Of a stretch of 64,000 nucleotides of DNA, positions 18,667 to 28,442 are shown one piece after another. Below the pieces are notes generated by a model. The model saw nothing but the letters and a program-made list of their open reading frames with translations, made no database searches and was not told where the DNA came from. The translations under genes and the position numbers were made by a program. This DNA comes from an uncultured cyanobacterium (GTDB taxonomy: Bacteria > Cyanobacteriota > Cyanobacteriia > Cyanobacteriales > Nostocaceae): the NCBI GenBank assembly GCA_963706595.1, contig OY970166.1, positions 1,408,001 through 1,472,000 of the forward strand. Direction: 5' to 3'. Numbering within the stretch: position 1 is the first letter of the stretch; each line of letters opens with the position of its first letter.

Positions 18667-19440
18667 ATGAAGTATTGGCGTGAAACCATAGCTGTCACAC
18701 AGCGGATTTTAATTGAACTGTTGCGCCGCAGACGCAGCTTAATTTTTTGGAGTATTTTCCCAATTTCCGTATTAATCCTGAGTGGATTCATTTTAGCAGA
18801 ACGGGCAGAACTACCACTAGCTGACGCTTTCGGCTATGCTGCGCCCTCCAGTTTAGTAGGTGCGGCGTTATTTTTTAGCTGTTTGGGTGGTAGTGTCGCC
18901 ACTGTAGTTGCAGAAAGAGAACAGCAAACCCTCAAACGCTTGTTTATTTCGCCCTTAAGTGGTATGTCCTACTTTTTAGGAATTTTTCTTGCTCACACTT
19001 GCATTGGTTTAGGACAGACACTTTTGGTTTATACTGTTGCTGCGTTTTGGGGTGCTACTTTCAACGGTTCTATTCTTTTAGGACTGACAATTATTATCAT
19101 GAGTATCGTGGCTTATGTTGGTTTAGGCTTTATTTTGGGTACTCAATTAGCCCGGCGCATTGAAGATGTCAATGCTTTGGTGGCTGCTTTTGGCGTTCCT
19201 TTATTAATTCTCGGCGGAGCATTTTTACCCGCTTCTTTGTTTCCCCAAAGTTTGATTAATATCGCCAAATATAATCCTATTTATCACATGAATGAAGCTT
19301 TAGTAGGAGTTTCTTCTCAGGGTGCTGATATTAGTAAAATTCAATCACATTTGGGATTTTTATTAGTATTTGCTGTGGTGATGGTTATTGGTGGATGGTT
19401 ATCTTATCGGCGAATGTTAGTAGTAGAAAGAAGACTTTGA
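18667..19440 (+). CDS. ABC-2 type exporter permease
   Basis: Six TM-like segments, EREQQTLKRL..SP and NPIY motifs. Confidence 0.85.
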   Translation: MKYWRETIAVTQRILIELLRRRRSLIFWSIFPISVLILSGFILAERAELPLADAFGYAAPSSLVGAALFFSCLGGSVATVVAEREQQTLKRLFISPLSGMSYFLGIFLAHTCIGLGQTLLVYTVAAFWGATFNGSILLGLTIIIMSIVAYVGLGFILGTQLARRIEDVNALVAAFGVPLLILGGAFLPASLFPQSLINIAKYNPIYHMNEALVGVSSQGADISKIQSHLGFLLVFAVVMVIGGWLSYRRMLVVERRL

Positions 19441-19503
19441 TAAAATTTGCTCGTAGTCAGGACTTTAGTCCTTTTTTTTTATCCCATTTAAGCGAAAATA
19501 TTT

Positions 19504-20394
19504 ATGCTAAAAATCACCAATTTAAATAAATCATACAGCAAAATCAAAGTTTTGCAAGATTTGACACTACACATTAAGCCTGGGGAAATTTACGGCTTAC
19601 TGGGTGCAAATGGATCTGGTAAAACTACAACTATCAATATTATTTGTAATTTACTGAAAGCTGATAGTGGTGATATTACCATCAATCATCAAAAAGTTTC
19701 GGAAGCCACAAAAAAAATAATTGGGATTGCGCCCCAAGAGAATTTACTCTACAAAACCTTATCTTGTGAGGAAAATCTCAAGTTTTTTGCCAAAATTTAT
19801 GGTTTAAATCGGGAAACACGGCAAAAAAACACACAGGAAACTCTCGCATCTGTCAACTTATTAGATAGAGCTAAAAGTCCGGTAGAAACTCTCAGTGGGG
19901 GAATGCAGCGACGTTTAAATATTGCAGTTGCTTTGGTACATCAGCCGCATTTAGTAATTTTAGATGAACCAACTACAGGATTAGATATTGAAGCTCGATA
20001 TGAAGTTTGGGAATTAATCCGAAATTTAAAAAATCAGGGAGTTACTGTTTTATTAACCACCCATTTATTAGATGAAGCCGAGCGACTTTGTGATAGGATT
20101 GGTATCCTCAAAAATGGTCACATTATCGCTGAGGGCAGTTTAGCTGAGTTACGCAATTTAATTCCCGCAGCAGAAGTTTTAGTAGTCCAAACTCATCAAA
20201 AAGAGCAAGCGATCGCTCGTGGCAAAGAGTATGGTTTTATACATAAATTTTATGGTAATCAGTTAGCTTTTTGGTTGCCACAACCTCTAGAATTAAAGGA
20301 AATCATCGCCCGATTTGAAGGGATAGAATTTGAGTCAATTTCCCGGCTACCTGTGGGATTAGAGCATATTTATTTAGAAGTGACACAAGGATAA
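19504..20394 (+). CDS. ABC exporter ATP-binding protein
   Basis: GANGSGKTT, LSGGMQRR, ILDEPTTGLD, TTH. Confidence 0.92.
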   Translation: MLKITNLNKSYSKIKVLQDLTLHIKPGEIYGLLGANGSGKTTTINIICNLLKADSGDITINHQKVSEATKKIIGIAPQENLLYKTLSCEENLKFFAKIYGLNRETRQKNTQETLASVNLLDRAKSPVETLSGGMQRRLNIAVALVHQPHLVILDEPTTGLDIEARYEVWELIRNLKNQGVTVLLTTHLLDEAERLCDRIGILKNGHIIAEGSLAELRNLIPAAEVLVVQTHQKEQAIARGKEYGFIHKFYGNQLAFWLPQPLELKEIIARFEGIEFESISRLPVGLEHIYLEVTQG

Positions 20395-20460
20395 AGAACC
20401 TCACCCCCAACCCCTCTCCTTAGTAAGGAGAGGGGAGAATTTGGAGTAATTAAACTACTT

Positions 20461-20666
20461 TTGACATACCTCCTCTTCCTGAAGGAGAGAGGATTCCTTA
20501 ACGCTTCATTGGGTTGTGCTATCGAAATAGTCTTACCATCCCTCGACGTTCGTTTAAAGTCTCCCAATGCCCTGTGGCGACTATATTCAAATTTTACCAG
20601 AAAGCCGTCCTAAAAGGCTTGTACTGAGCTTGTCGAAGTGACGGGGCTTGTATCCCATTATTCTCG
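20461..20666 (-). mobile_element. Non-autonomous IS200/IS605-family mini-element (no tnpA/tnpB) with an omegaRNA-like right end
   Basis: Minus strand: TTGAC immediately upstream, left-end hairpin CCGTCCT..AGGACGG (interrupted by a ~23-nt SDR-like insert at about 20618-20640), right-end hairpin GAATCCTCTCTCCTTCAGGAAGAGGAG ending ..TATGTCAA. Confidence 0.7.
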
Positions 20667-20730
20667 GTCAAGTTTCGGGATTTCTAAAGCTTGTTCACGA
20701 AAGTACAAAAATAAAGGTCCAACTGGTTAA

Positions 20731-20952
20731 TTAATCCAATGGCAAAAACCCCATCCCTATCCTTGGCAAATACCACTACTGACAATGCAGTTTATCAAAG
20801 ATGAATTAAGTTTTAGCTTCTTTTCCACAATAACCACCCTCGGTACTCCTCATGACATCCTGTTGCAGGAACTACGGATTGAAAGCCTGTTTCCCGCAGA
20901 CAAGATGACAGAAGTTAATTTGAGAAAACTAGAAATAGCATCTAAATTATAA
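20731..20952 (+). pseudogene. C-terminal remnant of an MmyB-like (XRE plus ligand-binding domain) regulator
   Basis: Translates as ..PLLTMQFIKDELSFSFFSTITTLGTPHDILLQELRIESLFPAD..; upstream in-frame stop and no HTH. Confidence 0.65.
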
Positions 20953-21546
20953 AGTCGCTGCGAGTTCCCGCAAGCGATCGCCTCCATCCCGAAACACAGG
21001 CCAACCATCACCCACCAAGACTGCTTCGATCTTAGGTAGTGCCGCCAGCCGCCGCACAGAAGCCACAGCCGCCTTGCGATTCAGCAACTTCTCATCAGGC
21101 AAAATTGTTAAACTCCCAGCCTTGCGGGCGCGTACCAAGTCCCCTGTGATTAAAGTTGTTTCCTCCAGTAACAAAGCCAACTCACCCGGAGTCTTAGAAC
21201 CGTGGAGTTCCAACACCTGTAAACCTGGAACCACCTCATCACCATCAGCCAACCAGCGATCGCAATGTATGGGAAAATTATCCTTCTCCCCCACAGGTCC
21301 AGCAATCTTCGCATAAGTTTGATCAGCAATTTCCTTCGCAGACCTGACGTGTTCAGAATTCGTCAACACAATCCAAACCACACCACCGAGGGATTTCAGG
21401 TGATTCCAATCATGATTGGATAAAGCTACAGGGTCAACCAAGACATTACCACCTGGACGAACCCACGCAATCCCATTGAAATCGATATTTCTTGCAGGAT
21501 TGAAAGTAGACCAGCCATATAGATCGGGACGGTGTAGAGATTTCAT
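20947..21546 (-). CDS. MBL-fold metallo-hydrolase family protein
   Basis: VLVDP, LTNSEHVR, GSKTPGE, LITGD, LVGDGWP. Confidence 0.8.
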   Translation of the reverse strand: MKSLHRPDLYGWSTFNPARNIDFNGIAWVRPGGNVLVDPVALSNHDWNHLKSLGGVVWIVLTNSEHVRSAKEIADQTYAKIAGPVGEKDNFPIHCDRWLADGDEVVPGLQVLELHGSKTPGELALLLEETTLITGDLVRARKAGSLTILPDEKLLNRKAAVASVRRLAALPKIEAVLVGDGWPVFRDGGDRLRELAATL

Positions 21547-21798
21547 GATGATTCTGGTTCAGTACCTTCAATAACACTGGATTTATAGTTCAGCATCAAT
21601 AATGTATCAACAATCGAGTCTATAATTCAACGCTTATATATAGTAATTTGCAATTACCTGAGTCAAATCAGCAGGATTTACGCCAAAATTTTCTCAAACT
21701 CTGATGAATCTGTGTCCTCTGTGTCTGGTGTGGTATGCGCTGCGCGCACGCTATGCGAACGTTCCTCCTGCCAAAAACTTAACTTCCCAGAACCCATC

Positions 21799-21882
21799 AT
21801 GGCCACCTACGACAACATCCGACAAACAATAGGTAACACGCCATTAGTCAGACTCAACAGCATACCCCAAAACATCAGCTAG
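21799..21882 (+). pseudogene. N-terminal 27-aa remnant of cysteine synthase (CysK-like)
   Basis: MATYDNIRQTIGNTPLVRLNSIPQNIS-stop; IGNTPLVRL is the CysK/CysM N-terminal signature. Confidence 0.65.
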
Positions 21883-22397
21883 ATTTGCAAGTTGATTGAG
21901 AAAATGCTTGATCTTCATCTCAGATACTAGGCGAATATTTATTTTTTGACCACAAATACACAAAGAAGACTAAATCATGAAGGTTATACCTCTAAAGGGG
22001 GAAAATTTAAAAAAGCAGACATTGTTTTGGTGCTAGATATTAGCTGATATTGTGATCCCAAGTTAAGCACTGAATAGCCCAAATAAATCTCCACCTAAAG
22101 ATGGGAGATTAAAACTATTGCCAAACAAGAGATCCAGAAAAACCACAGTTATATTATGTGGTATTGGCTTAAAACTCCGGTAATTATATCGGGTTAGTAG
22201 GTTGATAAAAACTACGAAAAAAATGGTATTGACTCTACAAAAAATATGATTACTGTTATAAGTAGTCCTGCTTAAAGCAGTGAACAGTTATCAAGCCAAT
22301 TAAGTAAGAGATTGCAACCAAATTATGTCTCTTGACTGATAACTGATAACTGATAACTGTTAAAACACAAACATCAATAATTCTGGAGATATTTTTT

Positions 22398-22760
22398 ATG
22401 ATGATGATGATGACTGAAACCATGACCACCGAAATGCAAAACTGCATTAACGCTTGCATGGAATGTCACAAAATGTGCCTGGAAACCATGACTCACTGCA
22501 TGAGCCAAGGCGGTAAGCAAATGAACATGAGCATGATGGGGATGATGCGCGACTGCTCAGAAATGTGCATGATGTGTATGAACATGATGATGGGCGGTTC
22601 TGAGTTCATGGGACGCACTTGTATGCTTTGTGCTGAAATGTGCGATCGCTGTGCCACAGCTTGCGAACAAATGAGCCAAGACCAAAAGATGATGCAATGT
22701 GCTGCTTCTTGCCGTAAATGTGCAGAAGCTTGCCAATCCATGCAAATGATGCCTGCTTAA
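22398..22760 (+). CDS. Four-helix-bundle copper storage protein-like (DUF326/Csp3-type), extremely Met-rich
   Basis: Repeated CxxxC/CxxC spacing, 17 Cys, GGAG RBS, no signal peptide. Confidence 0.8.
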   Translation: MMMMMTETMTTEMQNCINACMECHKMCLETMTHCMSQGGKQMNMSMMGMMRDCSEMCMMCMNMMMGGSEFMGRTCMLCAEMCDRCATACEQMSQDQKMMQCAASCRKCAEACQSMQMMPA

Positions 22761-22800
22761 TTTCAATTCCTCGCAGAAGTTTCTCTGCAACCTATGATGC

Positions 22801-22830
22801 AAGCGCTCAGGCTTTCGAGTTTGGGCGTTT
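22801..22830 (+). terminator. Hairpin with UUCG loop after the Csp-like gene
   Basis: AAGCGCTCAGGCT-TTCG-AGTTTGGGCGTTT. Confidence 0.55.
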
Positions 22831-22887
22831 GCAGTTTTGGAGTCAACCAATTTCCGTTAAACTGACATCGACAGCCGTACAAAGCTG

Positions 22888-23688
22888 ATGATGAAACACC
22901 TCAAATCTACTTCCCAAGACTTGCGGAATTTGTTTGAAAGCAGTATTACCATTGAATATGTAGCCGAATCCCTCAAAGCTGTATCAGCAGACGAGCCGGT
23001 AACAGAGGTACTGCACTGGATGAAGACGCAGGATTTTGATGTTGTAGGTATTAAAACGGGAGAGAAAATTACTGGCTATGTGGAACGTTCTAGTTTAATA
23101 TCAGCTAAATCTGGTAAATGTAGCGACTATCAACGGTTATTTCATCCCCAAGAACTGATTGCTATTTCTACTCCTCTGCTGAAGTTGCTACCTATCCTGC
23201 AACAAACACCGCGATTGTTTGTCCTCGACTGTAATCATGTCAGTGGAATTATTACCTGTGGCGACTTGCAGAAAGCACCAGCGCGAATGCTGCTGTTTGG
23301 TTTGGTGACACTGTTGGAAATGAATTTACTTCGGTTAGTGCGGCTTTACTATCCCCAGGATTCCTGGCAAAAAGTCCTCAAACCTGAACGCTTAGAGGTT
23401 GCACAACGGCTATGGCGAGAGAGTCAGGAAAGAAATGAAGCTACAGATTTGTTGGACTATCTTCAGTTCTGTGATAAACGTGAGTTGGTTTTAAATCAAC
23501 CCGAACTGCTTCAGCAATTGGGGTTAAAGTCGAAACGGTTTGGTGAACGCTTTCTCAAATCTGCCGAACAGTTGCGAAACCGATTGGCGCACGCCCAAAA
23601 TTTAGTCAGTGCTTCTTCTTGGATAGAGTTGATTTCGCTAGCTGAGGCGATGGAAATGCTGTTAATTCGCTGTGAAGAAATTGAGTAA
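22888..23688 (+). CDS. CBS-pair (Bateman) plus Swt1-like HEPN domain protein
   Basis: CBS-like motifs (..M...DFDVVGI....ITGYV; ..FVLD...VSGIITCGDL); HEPN-like LLE..L helix, LDYLQF.D and RNRLAH (RxxxxH). Confidence 0.65.
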   Translation: MMKHLKSTSQDLRNLFESSITIEYVAESLKAVSADEPVTEVLHWMKTQDFDVVGIKTGEKITGYVERSSLISAKSGKCSDYQRLFHPQELIAISTPLLKLLPILQQTPRLFVLDCNHVSGIITCGDLQKAPARMLLFGLVTLLEMNLLRLVRLYYPQDSWQKVLKPERLEVAQRLWRESQERNEATDLLDYLQFCDKRELVLNQPELLQQLGLKSKRFGERFLKSAEQLRNRLAHAQNLVSASSWIELISLAEAMEMLLIRCEEIE

Positions 23689-23723
23689 GGGCTAAAGCCC
23701 TGATTTGAGGACTAAAGTCCTCA

Positions 23724-24263
23724 CTACGAACTGAATTGTGGCAATAATGTCTCAACGCTGGCATTGTGATCTAAAAAGGAAAACAAATGTCTGTAAAGTA
23801 ATTTACCATCTTGATCCAAAACAAACTGGGCTGGTAAAGGCGCACCCAAAGCTTGTCCTACCTTGTATGTCCGAAATACCCGACAACTAGGGTCACTCAG
23901 CAATGGCATTTTTAAACCTAAATCTTTGACAACTATTTGACTTTGCTTTTCATCTGTACTAGTAATCATTAAAACTTCAATACCACGACTTTTAAATTGT
24001 TCGTAGTTTTCATTCAAAGCTTTAATATGAGGAAAACAAAAGGGACAATATTGTTTTTCTGTAAATATGCGCGTAAAGGCCAGTAATACTGGTTGCTTGC
24101 CTTTGTAATTTGAGAGTTTCACCACAGTGCCATTAGTGATATCTGGCAGTTGAAAATCTGGTGTCCCTACTCCCAGCCTAAGCTGATTTATCGCCGGGAT
24201 TGGTAAAAAATTACGAAAGAAGCGCTCATTTAATAAGCCACTAAAATCAGTAGAAGTAAGCAT
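23724..24263 (-). CDS. AhpC/TSA (peroxiredoxin-like) redoxin
   Basis: PDFQLPD, CPFC, LLSDP, PAQFVLD thioredoxin-fold motifs. Confidence 0.85.
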   Translation of the reverse strand: MLTSTDFSGLLNERFFRNFLPIPAINQLRLGVGTPDFQLPDITNGTVVKLSNYKGKQPVLLAFTRIFTEKQYCPFCFPHIKALNENYEQFKSRGIEVLMITSTDEKQSQIVVKDLGLKMPLLSDPSCRVFRTYKVGQALGAPLPAQFVLDQDGKLLYRHLFSFLDHNASVETLLPQFSS

Positions 24264-24354
24264 ATTTTTAAGACAATTTATTGATAAAAAACTTTAAAAT
24301 TAAAAACCACAGATATACATAGAAGACAACACTAAATAATAAATATCTGTGTTT

Positions 24355-24458
24355 ATAGCGGTTCTCGGTTGAGTGAGATACAAGAACCCCACCCCCAACC
24401 CCCTCCCCGCAAGCGATGAGGGGGCTATGATGTACTTGATTCAAGTGCATACCGCTAT
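24355..24458. mobile_element. ~104-bp MITE with ATAGCGGT/ACCGCTAT ends
   Basis: Near-identical inverted copy at 61956-62061. Confidence 0.75.
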
Positions 24459-24505
24459 GTCTGTGTGCATCTGTGGTTTTTTTCGTCGGAATCTTCTAAG
24501 GAAAT

Positions 24506-25117
24506 CTAGACAGCCGAGAAGTAGACTTTGGACTTCACAGGGTCAGGATTCATGGTTTTGTCCCCAGGTTGCCAACCGGCTGGGCAAACTTCATCAGGGT
24601 GAGACTGAACATACTGAAGGGCTTGTAATGTCCGCAGGGTTTCATCCACGCTGCGACCAAAAGCCAAGTTGTTGACGGTAGAATGCTGGATGACACCATC
24701 TTTATCAATAATGAACAAACCGCGCAAAGCAATGCCGGCGGCTGGGTCAAGGACGTTATAGGTGGCGCTAATTTCTTTTTTGATGTCGGACACTAAGGGA
24801 TAATTTAGGTCGCCCACACCACCAGACTTACGATCAGTTTGAATCCAGGCTAGGTGAGAGAACTCGCTATCAACGGAAACACCGAGAACTTCAGTGTTAA
24901 CTTTCTTAAATTCTTCGTAGCGATCGCTAAATGCTGTAATCTCAGTCGGGCAAACAAAGGTAAAGTCTAGAGGGTAGAAAAACAGAACGACATACTTACC
25001 GCGATAGTCGGAAAGTTTAATGGTCTTAAATTCTTGGTCTACCACAGCCGTGGCTGTAAATTCAGGAGCCTGTTGACCAACGCGTAGGCATCCTTCTGCT
25101 GCGTAAGTGAGGGACAT
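24506..25117 (-). CDS. ahpC: Typical 2-Cys peroxiredoxin
   Basis: [31 protein letters not shown] and C-terminal YF motifs. Confidence 0.95.
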   Translation of the reverse strand: MSLTYAAEGCLRVGQQAPEFTATAVVDQEFKTIKLSDYRGKYVVLFFYPLDFTFVCPTEITAFSDRYEEFKKVNTEVLGVSVDSEFSHLAWIQTDRKSGGVGDLNYPLVSDIKKEISATYNVLDPAAGIALRGLFIIDKDGVIQHSTVNNLAFGRSVDETLRTLQALQYVQSHPDEVCPAGWQPGDKTMNPDPVKSKVYFSAV

Positions 25118-25257
25118 TAAACGAATTCTCCTTCAACTTATATAAGTATAATAGTGTGGAACTTTGGGTCTGTTGACACTGAACCCATCTACAATTGTTA
25201 CAGTTTAATTACAATCTGTTACGACTATATCATAGTCATAACGATTTTGAGTAACAA

Positions 25258-27258
25258 ATGCCTGATTTAGATACAAGAGAATGGTTACTGACCAATGGCT
25301 TGGGGAGTTTTGCCAGTGGGACAATTTCGGATGTTCGCACGCGGACTTATCATGGTTGGCTATTTGCGGCGACAAATCCGCCCTGTGGTCGCACTTTGTT
25401 GTTTTCTCACCTAGAAGCTAGTTTGGAAGTATCAGGAAGGTTGATAGCACTAGGAACGAACTTCTGGGGCAATAATCAGATTTCGCCCCAGGGCTACAAA
25501 CTGCTGCACTGTTTTGATATTAACCCAGTTCCCAAATGGATTTGGCAACAAGATAACTGGCAAATAAGCAGGCAATTGCTGATGCCTCACGGGTTGGGAG
25601 TTGGGGACAAAGACATTTGTTCACATCGGCTGTTGATGCATTATCGCTATGAAGGCAGTGAACCGGCAATTTTAAGGCTACGCTTGCTGATAGGCGATCG
25701 CGATTTTCACCACCAGCAAAAACGTGATTCAGGCTTACAGTTTTCCCAATTACTTGCTCAAAATCAAGTTTGTCTCCAAGGCATATTTTCTGGGGAATTT
25801 GGCACACCTTGGCATTTGCGTTGGACTCAAGGAGAATATCAAGCAGATGGCGTTTGGTATTGGGATTATCAGTTACCAGAGGAGAAAGAACGAGGATTAG
25901 GCGATCGCGAAGACCTGTATAGTCCTGGTTACTTAACCGTTATACTTCAGCCAGGAGATGCAGTCACCTTGGAAGCGCAAACGGGTTTTCCCAATCGGGA
26001 GCAAAGTCTACTCACTCCCGAAATTTTTGCAGAGGCGATAGAGATAGAACAAGAAAGACTAGCGCAGATTTTTGGCTGGGGAGAAAATAAACCCTTCACA
26101 TCTCCCATTAGGCAGAAATTATTAACAGCCAGCGACCAGTTTATCGTTTATCGAGCCTCAATATCTGGTCCCACAGTCATTGCTGGTTATCACTGGTTCA
26201 ACGATTGGGGACGTGATACCTTAATTGCTTTACCGGGTTTAGCCTTAGTCACCCAGCGCTATGAATTAGCAAAAGGGTTATTACAAACCTTTGGGCGTTA
26301 CTGTCGCCACGGTTTAATTCCCAACGTTTTTCCTGATATTGACGGAGAACCGGCTTATAACAGTATTGATGCGGCGTTATGGTGGATTGAAACTTTAGGA
26401 CTTTATTTAGAAGCTACCCAAGACTGGGAATTTTTAGCAGCACAGTTTCCCGTAGTGCAGCAAATCCACAAAGCCTTTATGGGTGGTACACTTTACAACA
26501 TCCAAATTGATGCTACTGATGGGTTAGTTAGTTGGGATGCGCCTGGTGTTGCTCTTACCTGGATGGATGTGGTGATTTCGGGACAGCCTGTAACACCCCG
26601 CAATGGTAAACCAGTAGAAATCAATGCGCTGTGGTATTCGGCTTTATGTTGGATGAGTCAATGGGCGGAACGCTTGAGCCAACTGGAGTTGGGCGATTCA
26701 GCCCGTCTGGGAAAACAGGCGCTGCGTTATGCTCAACAAGCGGAACAAGTGACTATTTCTCTGCAAAAGTTTTGGAATCCACAGATTGGTTATTTGTATG
26801 ACACGATTTATCCCGATGATAGTCGTAATTCCCAGGTGCGTCCGAATGCGGTTTTAGCATTGTCGCTGCATCATTGTGGGTTCTCGGAGCAGCAAAGGCG
26901 CGCAGTAGTGGATTTAGCAACTTCCCGTTTACTTACTCCCTATGGTCTTCGCAGTCTTGATGCAGCCGACACCGATTATATAGGTAAATACACAGGCGAC
27001 TCAGAACAGCGCGATCGCTCCTATCATCAAGGTACAGTTTGGGCTTGGCTGATTGGTCCCTTTGTGCGTGCATGGCAGCGTTCTTACCCAAAACGAAGTT
27101 TACCCTTTGATTGGCAACCATTGCTGGATCATTTCCTAGCTGATGGCTGTATTCACTCGATTTCGGAGATTTTTGACGGAGATTCGCCTCATGCTCCCAA
27201 AGGTGCGATCGCACAAGCTTGGTCAGTTTCCGAGGTAATTAGACACTATAGCCTATAA
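25258..27258 (+). CDS. Amylo-alpha-1,6-glucosidase (GDE family glycogen debranching enzyme)
   Basis: EWLLTNGLG.FASGT, AGYHWF.DWGRDT, LTWMD, YHQGTVW, AQAWS. Confidence 0.92.
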   Translation: MPDLDTREWLLTNGLGSFASGTISDVRTRTYHGWLFAATNPPCGRTLLFSHLEASLEVSGRLIALGTNFWGNNQISPQGYKLLHCFDINPVPKWIWQQDNWQISRQLLMPHGLGVGDKDICSHRLLMHYRYEGSEPAILRLRLLIGDRDFHHQQKRDSGLQFSQLLAQNQVCLQGIFSGEFGTPWHLRWTQGEYQADGVWYWDYQLPEEKERGLGDREDLYSPGYLTVILQPGDAVTLEAQTGFPNREQSLLTPEIFAEAIEIEQERLAQIFGWGENKPFTSPIRQKLLTASDQFIVYRASISGPTVIAGYHWFNDWGRDTLIALPGLALVTQRYELAKGLLQTFGRYCRHGLIPNVFPDIDGEPAYNSIDAALWWIETLGLYLEATQDWEFLAAQFPVVQQIHKAFMGGTLYNIQIDATDGLVSWDAPGVALTWMDVVISGQPVTPRNGKPVEINALWYSALCWMSQWAERLSQLELGDSARLGKQALRYAQQAEQVTISLQKFWNPQIGYLYDTIYPDDSRNSQVRPNAVLALSLHHCGFSEQQRRAVVDLATSRLLTPYGLRSLDAADTDYIGKYTGDSEQRDRSYHQGTVWAWLIGPFVRAWQRSYPKRSLPFDWQPLLDHFLADGCIHSISEIFDGDSPHAPKGAIAQAWSVSEVIRHYSL

Positions 27259-27447
27259 ATCCACACAGGTGAAACTCACTTGTGTCATGTCACTCTCTAT
27301 ACTGCTGGAATACCCAAGAGTTTAGTTTTACACCCCAACAGCAAACTACCCCCCGTGAGTAGCATGGCATTTTTTCTGTGATCAAAATTGTGCTAGATTC
27401 GCTAACGATAACTCGTTTAATGCTCCTAATAATCATTATCAAAAGCA

Positions 27448-28296
27448 TTATTTAGATTTATCTATTCTACTAAACAATTTCATAGTTTTATACTCAATCA
27501 AACTTACAGGAAACATAATTCCCGGCTTCTTATTAATAGGATTTAGGGTATTAAATACTCTGTCCCAAAAGCCATGAATGCCATAATTTCCATTAAAACC
27601 AGTGTGATGAAGATCATGAAAATTTGAGGGAATAAAAAATATTGATAAAGAACTATGTCCTTCTAAATTATAAATATTACCTATCAAAGTCCATGCACAA
27701 AGTTGAGTTATATCATATCCAAAAATAAGGATAGGTAAAACATCTGTGATGGTAACAATAATATATTCCAGAAGGCTTTTATGTCCAGCTACAAAACTTG
27801 ATGTATCTTTAAATTCATGATGTTTAAGATGAATTTTGATAAATGATTTTGTATGAAATAATCTATGGACTACATAAAAGCAGAAATCAGCCGCAACTAT
27901 TCTCATCAAAAACCATCCAAAATTCAGAAGTAAATTACTATCTCTATGAACTTGTGGAGCTAAATATAGTATGATTAATGCTGCTATTAAACTTTTAATT
28001 TCTCCTGTAATTATACCTTTTAAAGTAAAAGCAGGAAATGATTGTTTTTTTACTTTGTTAACTCTTGCAGTTAATTTTTCAGTTAAATTATCTTTACTTT
28101 TGATGAATTTTTCGATGAAAAAACCAATAGCATAAAATGAGCTAGAACCAATCAGCCAGTATAGTAATACCTGGGTGATAAAATTAAATTCTATATTATT
28201 GAACAGAAAATAAAATATCTGCTGAACCATTGTACAACTAATAGCAATTTTGAGATAAAATTCTAACTCAAAACACCAATAAAAGAACCTTTGCAT
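27448..28296 (-). CDS. Sterol desaturase / fatty acid hydroxylase family protein
   Basis: His boxes HRLFH, HLKHH, GH and HDLHH..NYG..WDR; GAGGAG RBS. Confidence 0.85.
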   Translation of the reverse strand: MQRFFYWCFELEFYLKIAISCTMVQQIFYFLFNNIEFNFITQVLLYWLIGSSSFYAIGFFIEKFIKSKDNLTEKLTARVNKVKKQSFPAFTLKGIITGEIKSLIAALIILYLAPQVHRDSNLLLNFGWFLMRIVAADFCFYVVHRLFHTKSFIKIHLKHHEFKDTSSFVAGHKSLLEYIIVTITDVLPILIFGYDITQLCAWTLIGNIYNLEGHSSLSIFFIPSNFHDLHHTGFNGNYGIHGFWDRVFNTLNPINKKPGIMFPVSLIEYKTMKLFSRIDKSK

Positions 28297-28442
28297 CTTT
28301 GTAACTCCTCATTTATCTATACAAGTATTTGATTAATTTGATTGGTTTGATTAAAAAGTACGTCAGATGTGAAAATTATATTCATTATTAATGATTTATT
28401 TAATCTGATACATCCCTTTAATTAAGCTAAAAAAACTCATTT

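Noticed and set aside
18667..20394. ABC pair as the exporter of the GG-leader peptides
   Set aside because: ABC-2 type without a C39 peptidase domain, and 8 kb away
24268..24675. ORFs 24268..24450 and 24373..24675
   Set aside because: Derived from MITE sequence or antisense to the peroxiredoxin gene
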